From: Bacteroidota bacterium
GTDB lineage: Bacteria; Bacteroidota; Bacteroidia; B-17B0; Aurantibacillaceae
Length of the DNA stretch: 64,000 bases
Reading direction: 5' to 3'
NCBI GenBank assembly: GCA_013288385.1
Contig: JABDBZ010000003.1
Coordinates: 20,477 to 84,476, forward strand
Below the pieces are notes generated by a model. It had not been told where the DNA came from. It did no database searches and saw only the letters and a list, made by a program, of their open reading frames with translations. This document shows, in pieces, positions 8,745 through 18,760 of the stretch. Positions within the stretch are counted from its first letter, which is position 1, and each line of letters opens with the position of its first letter. Both the position numbers and the translations under genes were made by a program.

Positions 8745-9410
8745 GTTAGGTGCAAGTGGCGGACAGACATTCCGTAAGACAAAATGAAAAAAATCACGCT
8801 GACAATATTTTCTATTTTTATCTTCATTCGCTGTACAGACAAATGTCCCGACGAATTTTATGGCACTTATCAAATAGCAGACAGTTTTTACATTCGCTTC
8901 GAAAAAATTATTTTCTATCGCGACAATCATTATTCATTCGATGTTCATAGTTGCATGGACGGTACTCAAGACACCGGCGAATTCCATTTCGACAACGGAA
9001 TTGTGACTTTCAAATCATACAGACCGACTGACAGCTCAGAATTCCATAAGTTTGACGGACGACTTACTAAATATAAATTCAATTATTTTCCAGGCAAAAT
9101 TTGCTTTCTCCGATCAACAAATTCGTCAATAAAAACGAAAAATAACCTACCAGACACAATATTAGATCTACCAAAAAAGGCCGCAACAAAATAGGCAGAC
9201 ACGTCAACGTGACGTATCTGCGTGCCGCCACCTTCACCTAACAGCACCTACTGGCCATTGGGCAGACGAGGGTCATCGCCGCGCGCTATTAACAAGGTCG
9301 CTTCGCGAAATTTAATTTGCGGCGGCTAAAAACTTGGGTATCTTTAAATAACCTTTTGTCGGTTAAGGAAGATGGTGCTTCGAAAGCCCAACGGACAGTA
9401 GCTGCAAAAC
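8745..9410 (+). mobile_element. Integron-like gene cassette: GTTRRRY core, single gene and a truncated attC-like site
   Basis: Starts GTTAGGTG (8745); the complementary CACCTAAC lies at 9235 after the stop. Arms GCACCTACTGGCCATTGGGC and GCCCAACGGACAGTAGCTGC pair 17/20. No closing GTTRRRY. Confidence 0.55.
8784..9194 (+). CDS. Hypothetical (probable lipo)protein carried on the cassette
   Basis: 136-aa ORF with signal peptide and Cys (FIRC); more C-ending codons than the flanking genes. Confidence 0.65.
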   Translation: MKKITLTIFSIFIFIRCTDKCPDEFYGTYQIADSFYIRFEKIIFYRDNHYSFDVHSCMDGTQDTGEFHFDNGIVTFKSYRPTDSSEFHKFDGRLTKYKFNYFPGKICFLRSTNSSIKTKNNLPDTILDLPKKAATK

Positions 9411-9554
9411 CCAAGGTAAAAAAAATCTCTTAACAATTATTTTTTTACGCCGCAAATTCATTCTGGCCCAACTTTAATATAAATCCTGGTTTTTCTGTAA
9501 TTTTCTGAAGCCAAAACTTGTATAGTTACAAAAACTCCGAATGGTTGTCGAATA

Positions 9555-9589
9555 ACAACTAAAAGTAGTGTAATTACAACTATAAGTAG
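9555..9589. promoter_or_regulatory. Putative tandem operator for the downstream HTH protein
   Basis: ACAACTAAAAGTAG (9555) and ACAACTATAAGTAG (9576), 21 bp apart, upstream of a TAACTTTG -7 element at 9624-9631. Confidence 0.5.
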
Positions 9590-9653
9590 CCCATTATATT
9601 TGCATTATGGTACCTAAACAAAATAACTTTGTAGCATCAAAAAATAAAATAAT

Positions 9654-10556
9654 ATGATGTTAAATTCTAATTCAATTGGCAATAAAATTGCCGCAGCAAG
9701 AAAGAAAACTAATCTTTCACAAGCAGAACTTGCTCAGCAAGTATCTATCAGTCCTCAAGCAGTTGGTAAATGGGAACGTGGTGAATCAATGCCCGACATT
9801 ACTACTTTAAGCCACGTCGCTAAAATTCTGGGTGTTGATCTTAACTATTTTTCAGATGGCTTCCAATCAACGGACAAAGAAATAACAAATGCTGAGTCTT
9901 TTACAAAACAGTCGACTGAATTGCCATCCGGTAATGAGAAGAAAAAACTCAATTGGGATATGTCAAAGCTGAACTTGGTAGATAGTGACTTTTCAGGATT
10001 GAAAAATCTGCATGAAAAATTCAGCTCCTCTAATATGCAAAGATGTTTGTTTATTGGTTCAGATATGTCGGGACTTACTCTAAATAGCAATAATATTGAC
10101 GGCTGTGACTTCACTGATTCCAATATCAGCAATAGTCAAATTCAGAGTTCTAACATAGGGAACAATATGTTTAAAAACTGTTCGCTGAAAGAAACTGAAT
10201 TTTCTAAATGCAATATCAACGCTTGTGATTTTTCTGGCGCCGATTTTACCAAAACAACTTTCAAATCCTGTAACTTCTCTGAAAACACAATTACAAATGC
10301 AAAGTGGAGTAATACTTCTTTTATTGAAATGCAAATTGGGGACATAGTTTTTGAAGGCACTTTGGATGGTTGTTTTTTTGAAAACTGTGGCTTTTATGAA
10401 GTTAAATTCCAAAATGCAACACTAACAAATACATTCTTTAAAAACAACAGAAAATTTAAACGTGTGCAGTTTGTTGATTGTAAAGTGGATAAAATAACTT
10501 ATGCATTTTTAAAAAGCAATCAAGCAAATTTGACTGGTATCACTTTATTATCGTAA
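9654..10556 (+). CDS. Xre/Cro HTH fused to a pentapeptide-repeat domain
   Basis: LSQAELAQQVSISPQAVGKWERGESMPD followed by (D/N)F(S/T)x(S/A) pentapeptide repeats. Confidence 0.9.
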   Translation: MMLNSNSIGNKIAAARKKTNLSQAELAQQVSISPQAVGKWERGESMPDITTLSHVAKILGVDLNYFSDGFQSTDKEITNAESFTKQSTELPSGNEKKKLNWDMSKLNLVDSDFSGLKNLHEKFSSSNMQRCLFIGSDMSGLTLNSNNIDGCDFTDSNISNSQIQSSNIGNNMFKNCSLKETEFSKCNINACDFSGADFTKTTFKSCNFSENTITNAKWSNTSFIEMQIGDIVFEGTLDGCFFENCGFYEVKFQNATLTNTFFKNNRKFKRVQFVDCKVDKITYAFLKSNQANLTGITLLS

Positions 10557-10598
10557 CTATGACAAAGATAAAAGGATTGCAGGAAAATAAATAATAAA

Positions 10599-11054
10599 AT
10601 GAAACCATTAATTGTTTTACTCATCACATTCATCATTTCAATTTTTGTAATAAAATTTACAAGTGATACATATGATTATACTCTCTCAGGTAGAATAGCA
10701 ATGTGTGCAATGTTATTTTTTACAACAATTGGTCATTTTATTTATACAAAAGGTATGACCATGATGATGCCGGAATTTATTCCTTTTAAAATGCAAATTG
10801 TTTACTTAACAGGATTTCTTGAAGTTATATTAGGTATTGGATTACTTATTCCAAGTCTCAAAATTTATTCGGCCTGGTTATTGATTTCATTTTTTATACT
10901 TTTTATGCCGGCCAATATTAATGCAGCAATCAAACGCATCGACTATCAAAAAGGGACTTTTGACGGAAGCGGATTGAACTATTTATGGTTCAGAATTCCT
11001 TTGCAAATATTTTTTATAACGTGGGTATACTTGAGTTCAATTAAAATTTATTAA
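10599..11054 (+). CDS. DoxX-like membrane protein
   Basis: GHF...MMPEFIPF...YLTGFLE...PANI...LWFRIPLQ with four hydrophobic segments. Confidence 0.8.
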   Translation: MKPLIVLLITFIISIFVIKFTSDTYDYTLSGRIAMCAMLFFTTIGHFIYTKGMTMMMPEFIPFKMQIVYLTGFLEVILGIGLLIPSLKIYSAWLLISFFILFMPANINAAIKRIDYQKGTFDGSGLNYLWFRIPLQIFFITWVYLSSIKIY

Positions 11055-11248
11055 TTCATCATAAAATCCCCAATTGTTAAACCAATCAAAAACATGGTTT
11101 TCATTTGTGTTCACTAAAAAGCTTTTGTATCTTTATGTAAACCTTTTACAGAAAGCAGCTTTTTAAAATACCTAAATAAAAAGTCAAAAACAGTCGGCAC
11201 GCATAGCAAGCAAAAAAGAACATCATTAATTAATTAAAAAAAGAAAAA

Positions 11249-11662
11249 ATGGTAAATGTTAGTTCTGACAAAGTAGTTACAATTGTTGCCACAGAAATTT
11301 GTGAAGCATTTACAATTAAATTAAGAAGTGATGGCATTCTACATTCACATACTTCAAGCAGCATAGATTTTAATGTTGAATCTCTCAAAAAATTTAATGT
11401 TGTAATGGGTAAAATGCTAAACTATAAAAAGGCTCCTCTATTAATAACCTTTGATGAGTTTGCAATTCCACCTGTAGAAACCAGACATTTTTGGGCCTTG
11501 AAAGATTCTTGTCCATATGCCTCGGCAGATGCTTATATTACGGCAACTCTAGGTCATAAACTCATAGGTAGTATTTATTTGAAATTCAATAAACCAGAAC
11601 GTCCAACCAAACTATTTACAAACGAAAAAGAAGCGATTGAATGGCTTAAGACTTTTTTGTAA
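11249..11662 (+). CDS. STAS/SEC14-like small alpha-beta domain protein
   Basis: C-terminal KP.RPTKLFTNEKEAIEWL, typical of this family. Confidence 0.65.
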   Translation: MVNVSSDKVVTIVATEICEAFTIKLRSDGILHSHTSSSIDFNVESLKKFNVVMGKMLNYKKAPLLITFDEFAIPPVETRHFWALKDSCPYASADAYITATLGHKLIGSIYLKFNKPERPTKLFTNEKEAIEWLKTFL

Positions 11663-11688
11663 AACAAAACATATTCTTTTCATTAATA

Positions 11689-12354
11689 ATGTTCAACAAA
11701 GAAATTAATTTAAAAACAAAAAGATTACTACTTTGCGGACCAATTGGTTGTATAGTTTTTATTGCTCTGTTTTTGATACAAGGAGTAATTAGAGAAAGTT
11801 ATTTTCCATTTCGTTTTCCAATTAGCTCTCTTTCTATTGGGGAATTTGGTTGGATTCAAATTACAAACTTCATCATTTCAGGTTTGCTTATATTTCTATT
11901 TGCATTTGGTTTACGACAAGCAGCTACTTCCTTGAAAGGAATTATTTGGATATCGCGACTCATTGGCGTAGTTGGTTTAGGTTTGGTTGGCGCAGGCATT
12001 TGTTCTACTGATCCGGTTTATGGGTATCCAATTACAGAACCATTGAGACTTGCACAATTCACTCTTCACGGACATCTTCACGATTTTTTTTCGCTTTTTG
12101 TTTTTATATGTTCGCCCATTACATGCTTTAAGTTTTATAACCGATTTAAAGATTACGGTAATGCAAGTTGGGCAACATATTCTTTAATTTCAGGAATAGG
12201 AATACTAGTTATGTTTATACTCGCAGCAATTGGATTCAAACAAACTCCAGGTTTTGTAAATTATGCAGGCATATTTCAAAGACTCAGTATTATTATTGGA
12301 TGTGCCTGGATAGCTCTGTTAGCAATTCATATTATTAAAACAACTAAATCATAA
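11689..12354 (+). CDS. DUF998 family membrane protein
   Basis: Motifs ISSLSIGEFGWIQ..NF, TDP..GYP, HGHLH and GIFQR. Confidence 0.8.
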   Translation: MFNKEINLKTKRLLLCGPIGCIVFIALFLIQGVIRESYFPFRFPISSLSIGEFGWIQITNFIISGLLIFLFAFGLRQAATSLKGIIWISRLIGVVGLGLVGAGICSTDPVYGYPITEPLRLAQFTLHGHLHDFFSLFVFICSPITCFKFYNRFKDYGNASWATYSLISGIGILVMFILAAIGFKQTPGFVNYAGIFQRLSIIIGCAWIALLAIHIIKTTKS

Positions 12355-12359
12355 AGTTA

Positions 12360-12734
12360 ATGAAAACGTTTAAGGATGTAAACGAATATATTTCGAGTCA
12401 ACCAAAAGAAATTCAAAAAATACTGAAACAATTTCGGACTACAATTAAGAAAGCAGCTCCATTAGCAGAAGAGGCGATCAGTTATGGCATGCCATCATAT
12501 AAATATAATGGCGTGTTGGCTTATTTCGGCGCTTTCAAAAATCACATTGGCTTTTATGCAATGCCAACCGGTCATGCTCATTTCAAAAAAGAACTTTCGG
12601 TTTATAAAGTTGGAAAAGGGTCTGTGCAATTTCCAATTGATAAACCAATGCCAATTGCTTTAATTACTAAAATGATAAAGTTCCGATTGAAAGAAAATAT
12701 GGAGAAAGCAAAAGCAAAAAAAACAACAAAGTAA
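12360..12734 (+). CDS. DUF1801 / YdhG-like protein
   Basis: Motifs EAISYGMP, FKNHIGFY and KGSVQFPIDKPMP. Confidence 0.85.
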   Translation: MKTFKDVNEYISSQPKEIQKILKQFRTTIKKAAPLAEEAISYGMPSYKYNGVLAYFGAFKNHIGFYAMPTGHAHFKKELSVYKVGKGSVQFPIDKPMPIALITKMIKFRLKENMEKAKAKKTTK

Positions 12735-12800
12735 AATTATCTCAAATATAATATCAATGGAAACATTTGGCCGAAAAGCAAAATTTATAAAGTATTAATA

Positions 12801-13232
12801 ATGAAAAACAAAATTCCCGCTGTTCTTTTGCTCACATTTCTATTTTCGAATGTATTAGCACAAAAATTAAAAAAATGCACATTGTTTTATGACAAAGAAC
12901 TTGGTATGAGTATATATCAGGATGTGGATTCTGCTGCTGTACCCTTAAGAGAAAATTCGCTTGATAGTGTTTTTCTTTCCGACAATTTTAAATTTAAAAG
13001 CATCACCAATAAATATCCTGAAAAACAAATGGTAAAAATTGGTTATATTATTGATAAAAATGGCAATCCTTCCCTTTTAAAAGTTTTCTATCCAACCGGC
13101 GATAAAGAAATTGAGGCAGAAGCTAAAAGGCTTGTCGGTTTAATTCCACTACATAAACCCTGCAAATGCAAGCAGGAGGCCGTTCCTTGTTACGGTGTTA
13201 TTAGTATGCCATTGGTGTCCAGAAAAAAATAA
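12801..13232 (+). CDS. Exported protein with TonB C-terminal-like domain
   Basis: VKIGYIIDKNG...EAKRLV..IP..KP.....AV pattern. Confidence 0.55.
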   Translation: MKNKIPAVLLLTFLFSNVLAQKLKKCTLFYDKELGMSIYQDVDSAAVPLRENSLDSVFLSDNFKFKSITNKYPEKQMVKIGYIIDKNGNPSLLKVFYPTGDKEIEAEAKRLVGLIPLHKPCKCKQEAVPCYGVISMPLVSRKK

Positions 13233-13285
13233 ATTTTATTTAAAGCCAATTATTTTCTCATAAATCATATTTTGTATATTTGAAT

Positions 13286-15412
13286 ATGACAAAAATCCTT
13301 GCTTATTTATTACTTTTCATTTTTTTAATTTCGATTTCTTCTGCTCAAGTATCAAACATTGATTCGCTTCTTCTTGAATTAAAAAAATCAAAGGAGGACA
13401 CCAATAGAGTTAATACATTAAACAACTTAGCCTGGAATTATATAACGAAAGGTAATAACGATGCCGTTATAAAATATGCAACAATGGCGCGTGAAGAAGG
13501 AGAAAAATTAAATTTCAAAAATGGCATTGCTATGTCTTATCATAATATTGGCGTGATGTATAAACGCAAAGCCAATTATGAAAAAGCCTTGGAGAATGAT
13601 TTTAAATGCTTAAAAATTCAGGAAGAAATTGGGAACAGAAGCGGTAGTGCTAGCACATATAACAGTATCGGTATTATCTATTTAAATCAAAGTGAATATG
13701 AGAAATCGATTGAAACATTTTTGAAAGCATTTAAAATTAGAGAGCTTGGTGGCAATAAAGCCGGAATGGCTGGTTGCTATAATAACATCGCTTTAGTTTT
13801 AGGACGGCAAAGAAATTATGTGAAGCAATTAGAATATTTTAATAAAGCACTTCAGTTAATGCAGGAAATTGGCGATAAACAAGGCGTAGCAGTTGCATAT
13901 ACCAACATTGGAGTTCTTTACAGAAAAAAGGGAGACCTTGAAAAAGCTTTAGAGAATGCATCTAAAAGTCTTAAACTATATTTAGAAATAGGTGACAAGC
14001 AAGGGATAGCAGGTTGTTATTCAAATATTGGAACTGTTTATTTAATTCAAAAAAAATTAAATGAGGCTTTAGCTAATTATCAAAAATCTTTAGGGGCGGC
14101 TAGACAAATAGGTGATGACAATTTATTGGCGCGTGTTTTAGGTAATATTTCAAATGTTCAAGCAAATCAAGGTAAATTAAACGATGCATTAATTTCATTG
14201 GATGAAGCATTAGGTTTATTTAAAAAAATTGGTGACAAATCTGGTCTGGAAGAAATCTATCAAGCTTATGCAGAATTATCAGAAAAAAAACATGATTATA
14301 AAAGTGCTTATGAATATCATAAACTTTATGCAAATATGAAAGATACGCTGTTTAATGATGTTACTGCTAAGAATACTGCTGAAATGAATTCGAAATTTGA
14401 AAGCGAGAAAAAGGATAAAGAACTAATAATGAAAGATGCAGAAATTACGAAACAAAAAGCAGAATCAGATAAACAACAAACATTTCGTAATGCTTTGATG
14501 ATAGGCCTATTGTTAGTTTTATTTTTTGCGCTATTTATTTTTAGAAGTTACCGTCAGAAACAACGTGCGAATTCTGAATTGGCTTCAAAAAACAAATTGA
14601 TCGAGCAACAAAAGAAAGAAGTGGATTATCAAAAAGAATTAGTGGATGAAAAAAATAAAGAAGTAACAGATAGTATTCATTACGCCAAACGTATTCAACA
14701 AGCTTTATTAGCAAACGAAACTCTTTTGAAAGAAAATTTGTCGGATTATTTTATTTTATATCAACCGAAAGATATTGTAAGCGGCGATTTTTATTGGGCA
14801 CATACAACCAAGAATGGTTTTTTACTTTGTACTGCTGATTGTACAGGGCACGGTGTTCCGGGTGCCTTTATGAGTTTATTAAATATTTCTTTTTTAAATG
14901 AAGCGGTTGATGGACAAAAATTAATTGCGCCAAATGAAATATTAAATTATACAAGAAGTAAAATTATTTATCACTTAGCTAACGATGGAAGTGTTGAAGG
15001 TGGAAAAGATGGAATGGATTGCAGTTTATTAAGTTTTGATTTCAAAAATAAAAAAATGACTTACGCTGCCGCTAATAATCCGGTTTGGATTGCAAGAGAC
15101 AAAGAAATTTTAGAATTTAGTCCGGATAAAATGCCAGTAGGAAAACACGATAAAGACTCTCTCCCGTTTACTCAACATACAGTTGATTTGCAAAAAAACG
15201 ACGTTGTTTATACACTAACAGATGGCTTTGCTGACCAATTTGGAGGTGTGAAAGGGAAAAAATTTATGTACAAAGAGTTAAAGAAATTGTTGATCTCATC
15301 ATCGCATCTATCTTTATCTGAACAAAAAGAAACACTCAAAAAATCATTCCTTAATTGGAAAGGGAAATTAGATCAGATAGACGACGTTTGTATTATAGGC
15401 GTTAAAATATAA
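13286..15412 (+). CDS. TPR sensor - TM - coiled coil - SpoIIE/PP2C phosphatase
   Basis: Repeated YNNIG TPR motifs, one TM segment, then DIVSGDFYW, ADCTGHGVPGA, TDGFADQFGG and DDVCIIG. Confidence 0.9.
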   Translation: MTKILAYLLLFIFLISISSAQVSNIDSLLLELKKSKEDTNRVNTLNNLAWNYITKGNNDAVIKYATMAREEGEKLNFKNGIAMSYHNIGVMYKRKANYEKALENDFKCLKIQEEIGNRSGSASTYNSIGIIYLNQSEYEKSIETFLKAFKIRELGGNKAGMAGCYNNIALVLGRQRNYVKQLEYFNKALQLMQEIGDKQGVAVAYTNIGVLYRKKGDLEKALENASKSLKLYLEIGDKQGIAGCYSNIGTVYLIQKKLNEALANYQKSLGAARQIGDDNLLARVLGNISNVQANQGKLNDALISLDEALGLFKKIGDKSGLEEIYQAYAELSEKKHDYKSAYEYHKLYANMKDTLFNDVTAKNTAEMNSKFESEKKDKELIMKDAEITKQKAESDKQQTFRNALMIGLLLVLFFALFIFRSYRQKQRANSELASKNKLIEQQKKEVDYQKELVDEKNKEVTDSIHYAKRIQQALLANETLLKENLSDYFILYQPKDIVSGDFYWAHTTKNGFLLCTADCTGHGVPGAFMSLLNISFLNEAVDGQKLIAPNEILNYTRSKIIYHLANDGSVEGGKDGMDCSLLSFDFKNKKMTYAAANNPVWIARDKEILEFSPDKMPVGKHDKDSLPFTQHTVDLQKNDVVYTLTDGFADQFGGVKGKKFMYKELKKLLISSSHLSLSEQKETLKKSFLNWKGKLDQIDDVCIIGVKI

Positions 15413-15417
15413 TTAAA

Positions 15418-16206
15418 CTACGCTCCTTTAGCCAAAACAAATTTCTGTTTAAATTTATTTTTATCGAACAAAGGTCTTTTTTCTCGTTTTGTTCCGCCGG
15501 GCATTGATCTTGTCATGCCACCACTTTGGCCTGCAGCAGAGCCCGCAGCAGTTCCTCCAACATCAATTTCTGCTTCATCTAATCGTGATATTGCATTTAC
15601 TTCTACAACCATCGTAATGGTTTTGGCGAGATCTTTATCAGTATAGTTTGCACCAAATAATTCTTTCAAAGGAATTGCCAATTCATAATTCATAATGTTT
15701 TTTTCATCCCAATTAATTGCGGCATGTATTCCTGATGAATCACTTATGGGAAAAGTTCCATTTTGAGTTGCAAATCCCTTTGTCAACATATTGGTGTTTT
15801 GTAAAAGAAAAGTATTTTTTAAACTTGGTATATCCGGTTTCACTTCTTCATTCACTTCTTCGGCTGCATAATTTTGTTTCGAGTCTGTTAAAGGAAAATC
15901 AACAGAAGCGTTGTGTTTCTCTTTGCCTTTTGTATGAATAAATACTTTCATACCGGCTCTATTTATTTTCACTTCATTTCTTTCGTCGCTACTTTGGAAA
16001 CAGATATATAAATTCTTACTATCATTTCCGAATGCGAAAAATAATTTGGTCTCTGAATCAAAAAAACTCATGGGTTTGCTCCACTCATCTGCAAAACCGT
16101 CGATCTTCACCGGTGTTGATTTCCATTTTGCTTGCGCTACATCCATTTGGGAGAATAAACAAGTTGAAATGAAAGTTGATGCGAGAATTATGTTTAGTTT
16201 TTTCAT
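15418..16206 (-). CDS. Exported hypothetical protein
   Basis: Signal peptide; IDG..DEW and YELAIPL suggest a DOMON/CBM9-like fold; Gly-rich tail. Confidence 0.65.
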   Translation of the reverse strand: MKKLNIILASTFISTCLFSQMDVAQAKWKSTPVKIDGFADEWSKPMSFFDSETKLFFAFGNDSKNLYICFQSSDERNEVKINRAGMKVFIHTKGKEKHNASVDFPLTDSKQNYAAEEVNEEVKPDIPSLKNTFLLQNTNMLTKGFATQNGTFPISDSSGIHAAINWDEKNIMNYELAIPLKELFGANYTDKDLAKTITMVVEVNAISRLDEAEIDVGGTAAGSAAGQSGGMTRSMPGGTKREKRPLFDKNKFKQKFVLAKGA

Positions 16207-16307
16207 GTGGTCCTATTTTCGGAATAACGGTTACGCAAAGTTAGGTAATTTGGTAGAATAAAAAACTTATTAAATATTCTCTCTCTTGTAACATATTCTT
16301 TAAATAT

Positions 16308-16428
16308 TTGGGCGTGCCCCCGCAATTAATTCTTGCTTCTAATAACATTCGGGGCGGGGTCGCACTTTCCGTTACAATCTTTTTGCAAAGAGGCAGCAAA
16401 AAGGATTTTCACTACAATTGCTCACGCA
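16308..16428 (-). ncRNA. Flavo-1-like structured RNA/repeat, copy 1
   Basis: Minus strand TGCGTGAGCAATTGTAGTGAAAATCCTTTTTGC...GCAAAAAGATTGTAACGGAAAGTGCGACCCCGC...GCGGGGGCACGCCCAA resembles my recollection of the Flavo-1 consensus. A second copy lies at 48694. Confidence 0.7.
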
Positions 16429-16459
16429 TATTCCTTCAAAAAATAATTCAATCACAAAA

Positions 16460-17704
16460 TCAATCAATTGTTCCAGCGGCTACCGTGTTATTGGTGTTTT
16501 CGTTGATTAAAATAAATGCACCTGAATTTCTATTTCTTTTGTAGGAATCAAAACTTAAAGGTTCGGCAGTTTTAATAAATACTTTACAGATATCGTTTAA
16601 TTTCATACTTCCGTCACTTTCCAATTGATCAAAAGTGTGAATATCAATTTTACTCACAACTTCCTTTACCACTGCCTTTGTTCGGTAACTATTTTGTTGA
16701 AGCAATAATTTTTGTCCGGGTATAAATGCAGCATTATCCATCCAACATAAAGTTGCATTTAATTCTTTCTCTGTTTTCGGTAAAGAATTTATTGGAACAA
16801 TTGTACTTCCTCTGCTAATATCTACATCATCTTTTAAATGAATAATAATTGGTTCTGAAATTTCTGCCAACTCAATTTCTCTTTGATCCTTCTCTATTTT
16901 TTCAATTACCGTTTCAATATTCGACGGAAGCACTAAAACTTTATCTCCCTTTTTGTAAGAACCACTTAATACTTTTCCGGCATAACCACGGTAATCATGG
17001 TGATCTTCGGTTTGCGGACGAATAACATACTGTACCTGAAAACGAGATGCTTCATTTTCATTTTGATCAGTAATGTTTACTGTTTCCAAAAACTCCAATA
17101 ATGCAGGCCCTTTATGCCAATTTAATTTTTCTGATTTAGTCACAACATTATCTCCAGCTAAAGCACTCGCGGGAATAAATGAAATATCCTTTAAATTCAA
17201 TGGTTTGGCAAACTCTTTATAGTCTGCAACAATTTGATTAAATGTTGCTTCAGAATAATTAACCAGATCCATTTTATTAACGCAAACTAAAACATGTGGA
17301 ATATTTAATATCGAAGAAATAATACTGTGACGTTTTGTTTGATCAGTAATTCCGTTCCGTGCATCTACCAAAATAATTGCAAGATCGGCATTGGATGCAC
17401 CGGTAAACATATTGCGCGTATATTGAATATGACCAGGAGTATCCGCAATAATAAATTTACGTTTTGCCGTACTAAAATATTTATATGCTACATCAATAGT
17501 AATTCCCTGTTCACGCTCTGCACGCAAACCATCGGTTAACAAAGCCAAATCGATATCCGTATTTCCACCAGTTGTTTTACTTTGTTTAGTTAGGGTTTCA
17601 ATAATGTCTGTAGAAATAGAGTTGCTATCGTACAATAATCTTCCGATCAATGTGCTTTTGCCATCATCTACATTTCCTGCGGTAAAAAATCTGAGTAATT
17701 CCAT
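16460..17704 (-). CDS. cysN: Sulfate adenylyltransferase subunit 1 (no APS-kinase domain)
   Basis: Motifs TAGNVDDGKSTLIGRLL, DGLRAEREQGITIDVAY and ADTPGH. Confidence 0.95.
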   Translation of the reverse strand: MELLRFFTAGNVDDGKSTLIGRLLYDSNSISTDIIETLTKQSKTTGGNTDIDLALLTDGLRAEREQGITIDVAYKYFSTAKRKFIIADTPGHIQYTRNMFTGASNADLAIILVDARNGITDQTKRHSIISSILNIPHVLVCVNKMDLVNYSEATFNQIVADYKEFAKPLNLKDISFIPASALAGDNVVTKSEKLNWHKGPALLEFLETVNITDQNENEASRFQVQYVIRPQTEDHHDYRGYAGKVLSGSYKKGDKVLVLPSNIETVIEKIEKDQREIELAEISEPIIIHLKDDVDISRGSTIVPINSLPKTEKELNATLCWMDNAAFIPGQKLLLQQNSYRTKAVVKEVVSKIDIHTFDQLESDGSMKLNDICKVFIKTAEPLSFDSYKRNRNSGAFILINENTNNTVAAGTID

Positions 17705-17715
17705 TTTTTCAAAAT

Positions 17716-17809
17716 AATTTTAAATGTTGAATGCTAAATTTTGAATTAAGTTTGTCTTAGTAACTGAGTATTGATCCAATTCAACATTCATAATTCAAAA
17801 TTTATAATT
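17716..17809. repeat. Inverted pair of heptamer arrays between cysD and cysN
   Basis: AATTTTA AATGTTG AATGCTA AATTTTG AATT (17716-17747) and the reverse-oriented AATTCAACATTCATAATTCAAAATTTATAATT (17778-17809). Confidence 0.7.
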
Positions 17810-17810
17810 T

Positions 17811-18719
17811 CTAAAAGTATCCGCCCTTCTTCCTGTCTTCCATCGCGGCTTCGCTCACTCTGTCATCCATCCGTGTGGCACCACGCTCACTTATTTTTGC
17901 TTCCTTCAATTCGCTAATAATATCATCTATTGTATATGCTTCACTTTCTACGGCCGCAGTACAAGTCATATCTCCAACTGTACGGTAACGTACTTTTTTT
18001 GTAACCACCACATCACTACTTTCAATCTGAACAAACTCATTGGTATTCATTAATTGTCCGTTCTCGGTTAAAATACATTCTCTTTCGTGTGTGAAATAAA
18101 TACTTGGCAGTTCAATTTTTTCACGTTTGATATAATTCCAAACATCTAATTCTGTCCAATTACTAATTGGAAATATGCGAACGTTTTCTCCTTTATTTAT
18201 TTTGCCATTGTAAATATTCCACAATTCAGGTCTTTGTTTTTTTGGATCCCATTGACCAAATTCATCACGCACAGAAAATATTCTTTCTTTGGCGCGTGCT
18301 TTTTCTTCATCGCGACGAGCGCCTCCAATACAAGCGTCAAATTCAAACTCTTCAATCACATCTAATAAAGTATAAGTTTGCAAACCGTTTCTGCTTGGAA
18401 ATTTTCCTTTGGCATCCACTAATTTTTTTTCTTTGATAGTATCTTCTACTTTTCTTACAATTAATTTCTCTCCTAACTCAGTTACCAAATCATCACGGTA
18501 TTTTAAAGCTTCCGGAAAATTATGTCCTGTATCAACATGCACTAATGGAAAAGGAAATTTACCCGGACGAAAAGCTTTCAATGCCAAATGCACTAAACAA
18601 ATGCTATCTTTCCCACCACTAAATAGAAGTGCAGGCTTTTCAAATTGTCCCGCCACTTCACGTAAAATGTAAATGGCTTCGTTTTCTAATTGATCAAGGT
18701 AATCTAATTTGTTTTTCAT
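17811..18719 (-). CDS. cysD: Sulfate adenylyltransferase subunit 2
   Basis: Motifs LLFSGGKDS, HVDTGHNF, GGARRDEEKARAKER and MEDRKKGGYF. Start set at MKNKLDYL. Confidence 0.95.
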   Translation of the reverse strand: MKNKLDYLDQLENEAIYILREVAGQFEKPALLFSGGKDSICLVHLALKAFRPGKFPFPLVHVDTGHNFPEALKYRDDLVTELGEKLIVRKVEDTIKEKKLVDAKGKFPSRNGLQTYTLLDVIEEFEFDACIGGARRDEEKARAKERIFSVRDEFGQWDPKKQRPELWNIYNGKINKGENVRIFPISNWTELDVWNYIKREKIELPSIYFTHERECILTENGQLMNTNEFVQIESSDVVVTKKVRYRTVGDMTCTAAVESEAYTIDDIISELKEAKISERGATRMDDRVSEAAMEDRKKGGYF

Positions 18720-18760
18720 TTTTTTGTTTCTTTTTCGACATTTAGTGCTTTTCATTTTCG

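Noticed and set aside
12757-12790. Tiny ORF METFGRKAKFL as a possible gene relic
   Set aside because: Too short to assign by eye.
16308-16544. 78-aa plus-strand ORF
   Set aside because: Chance reading through the Flavo-1-like element and antisense cysN.
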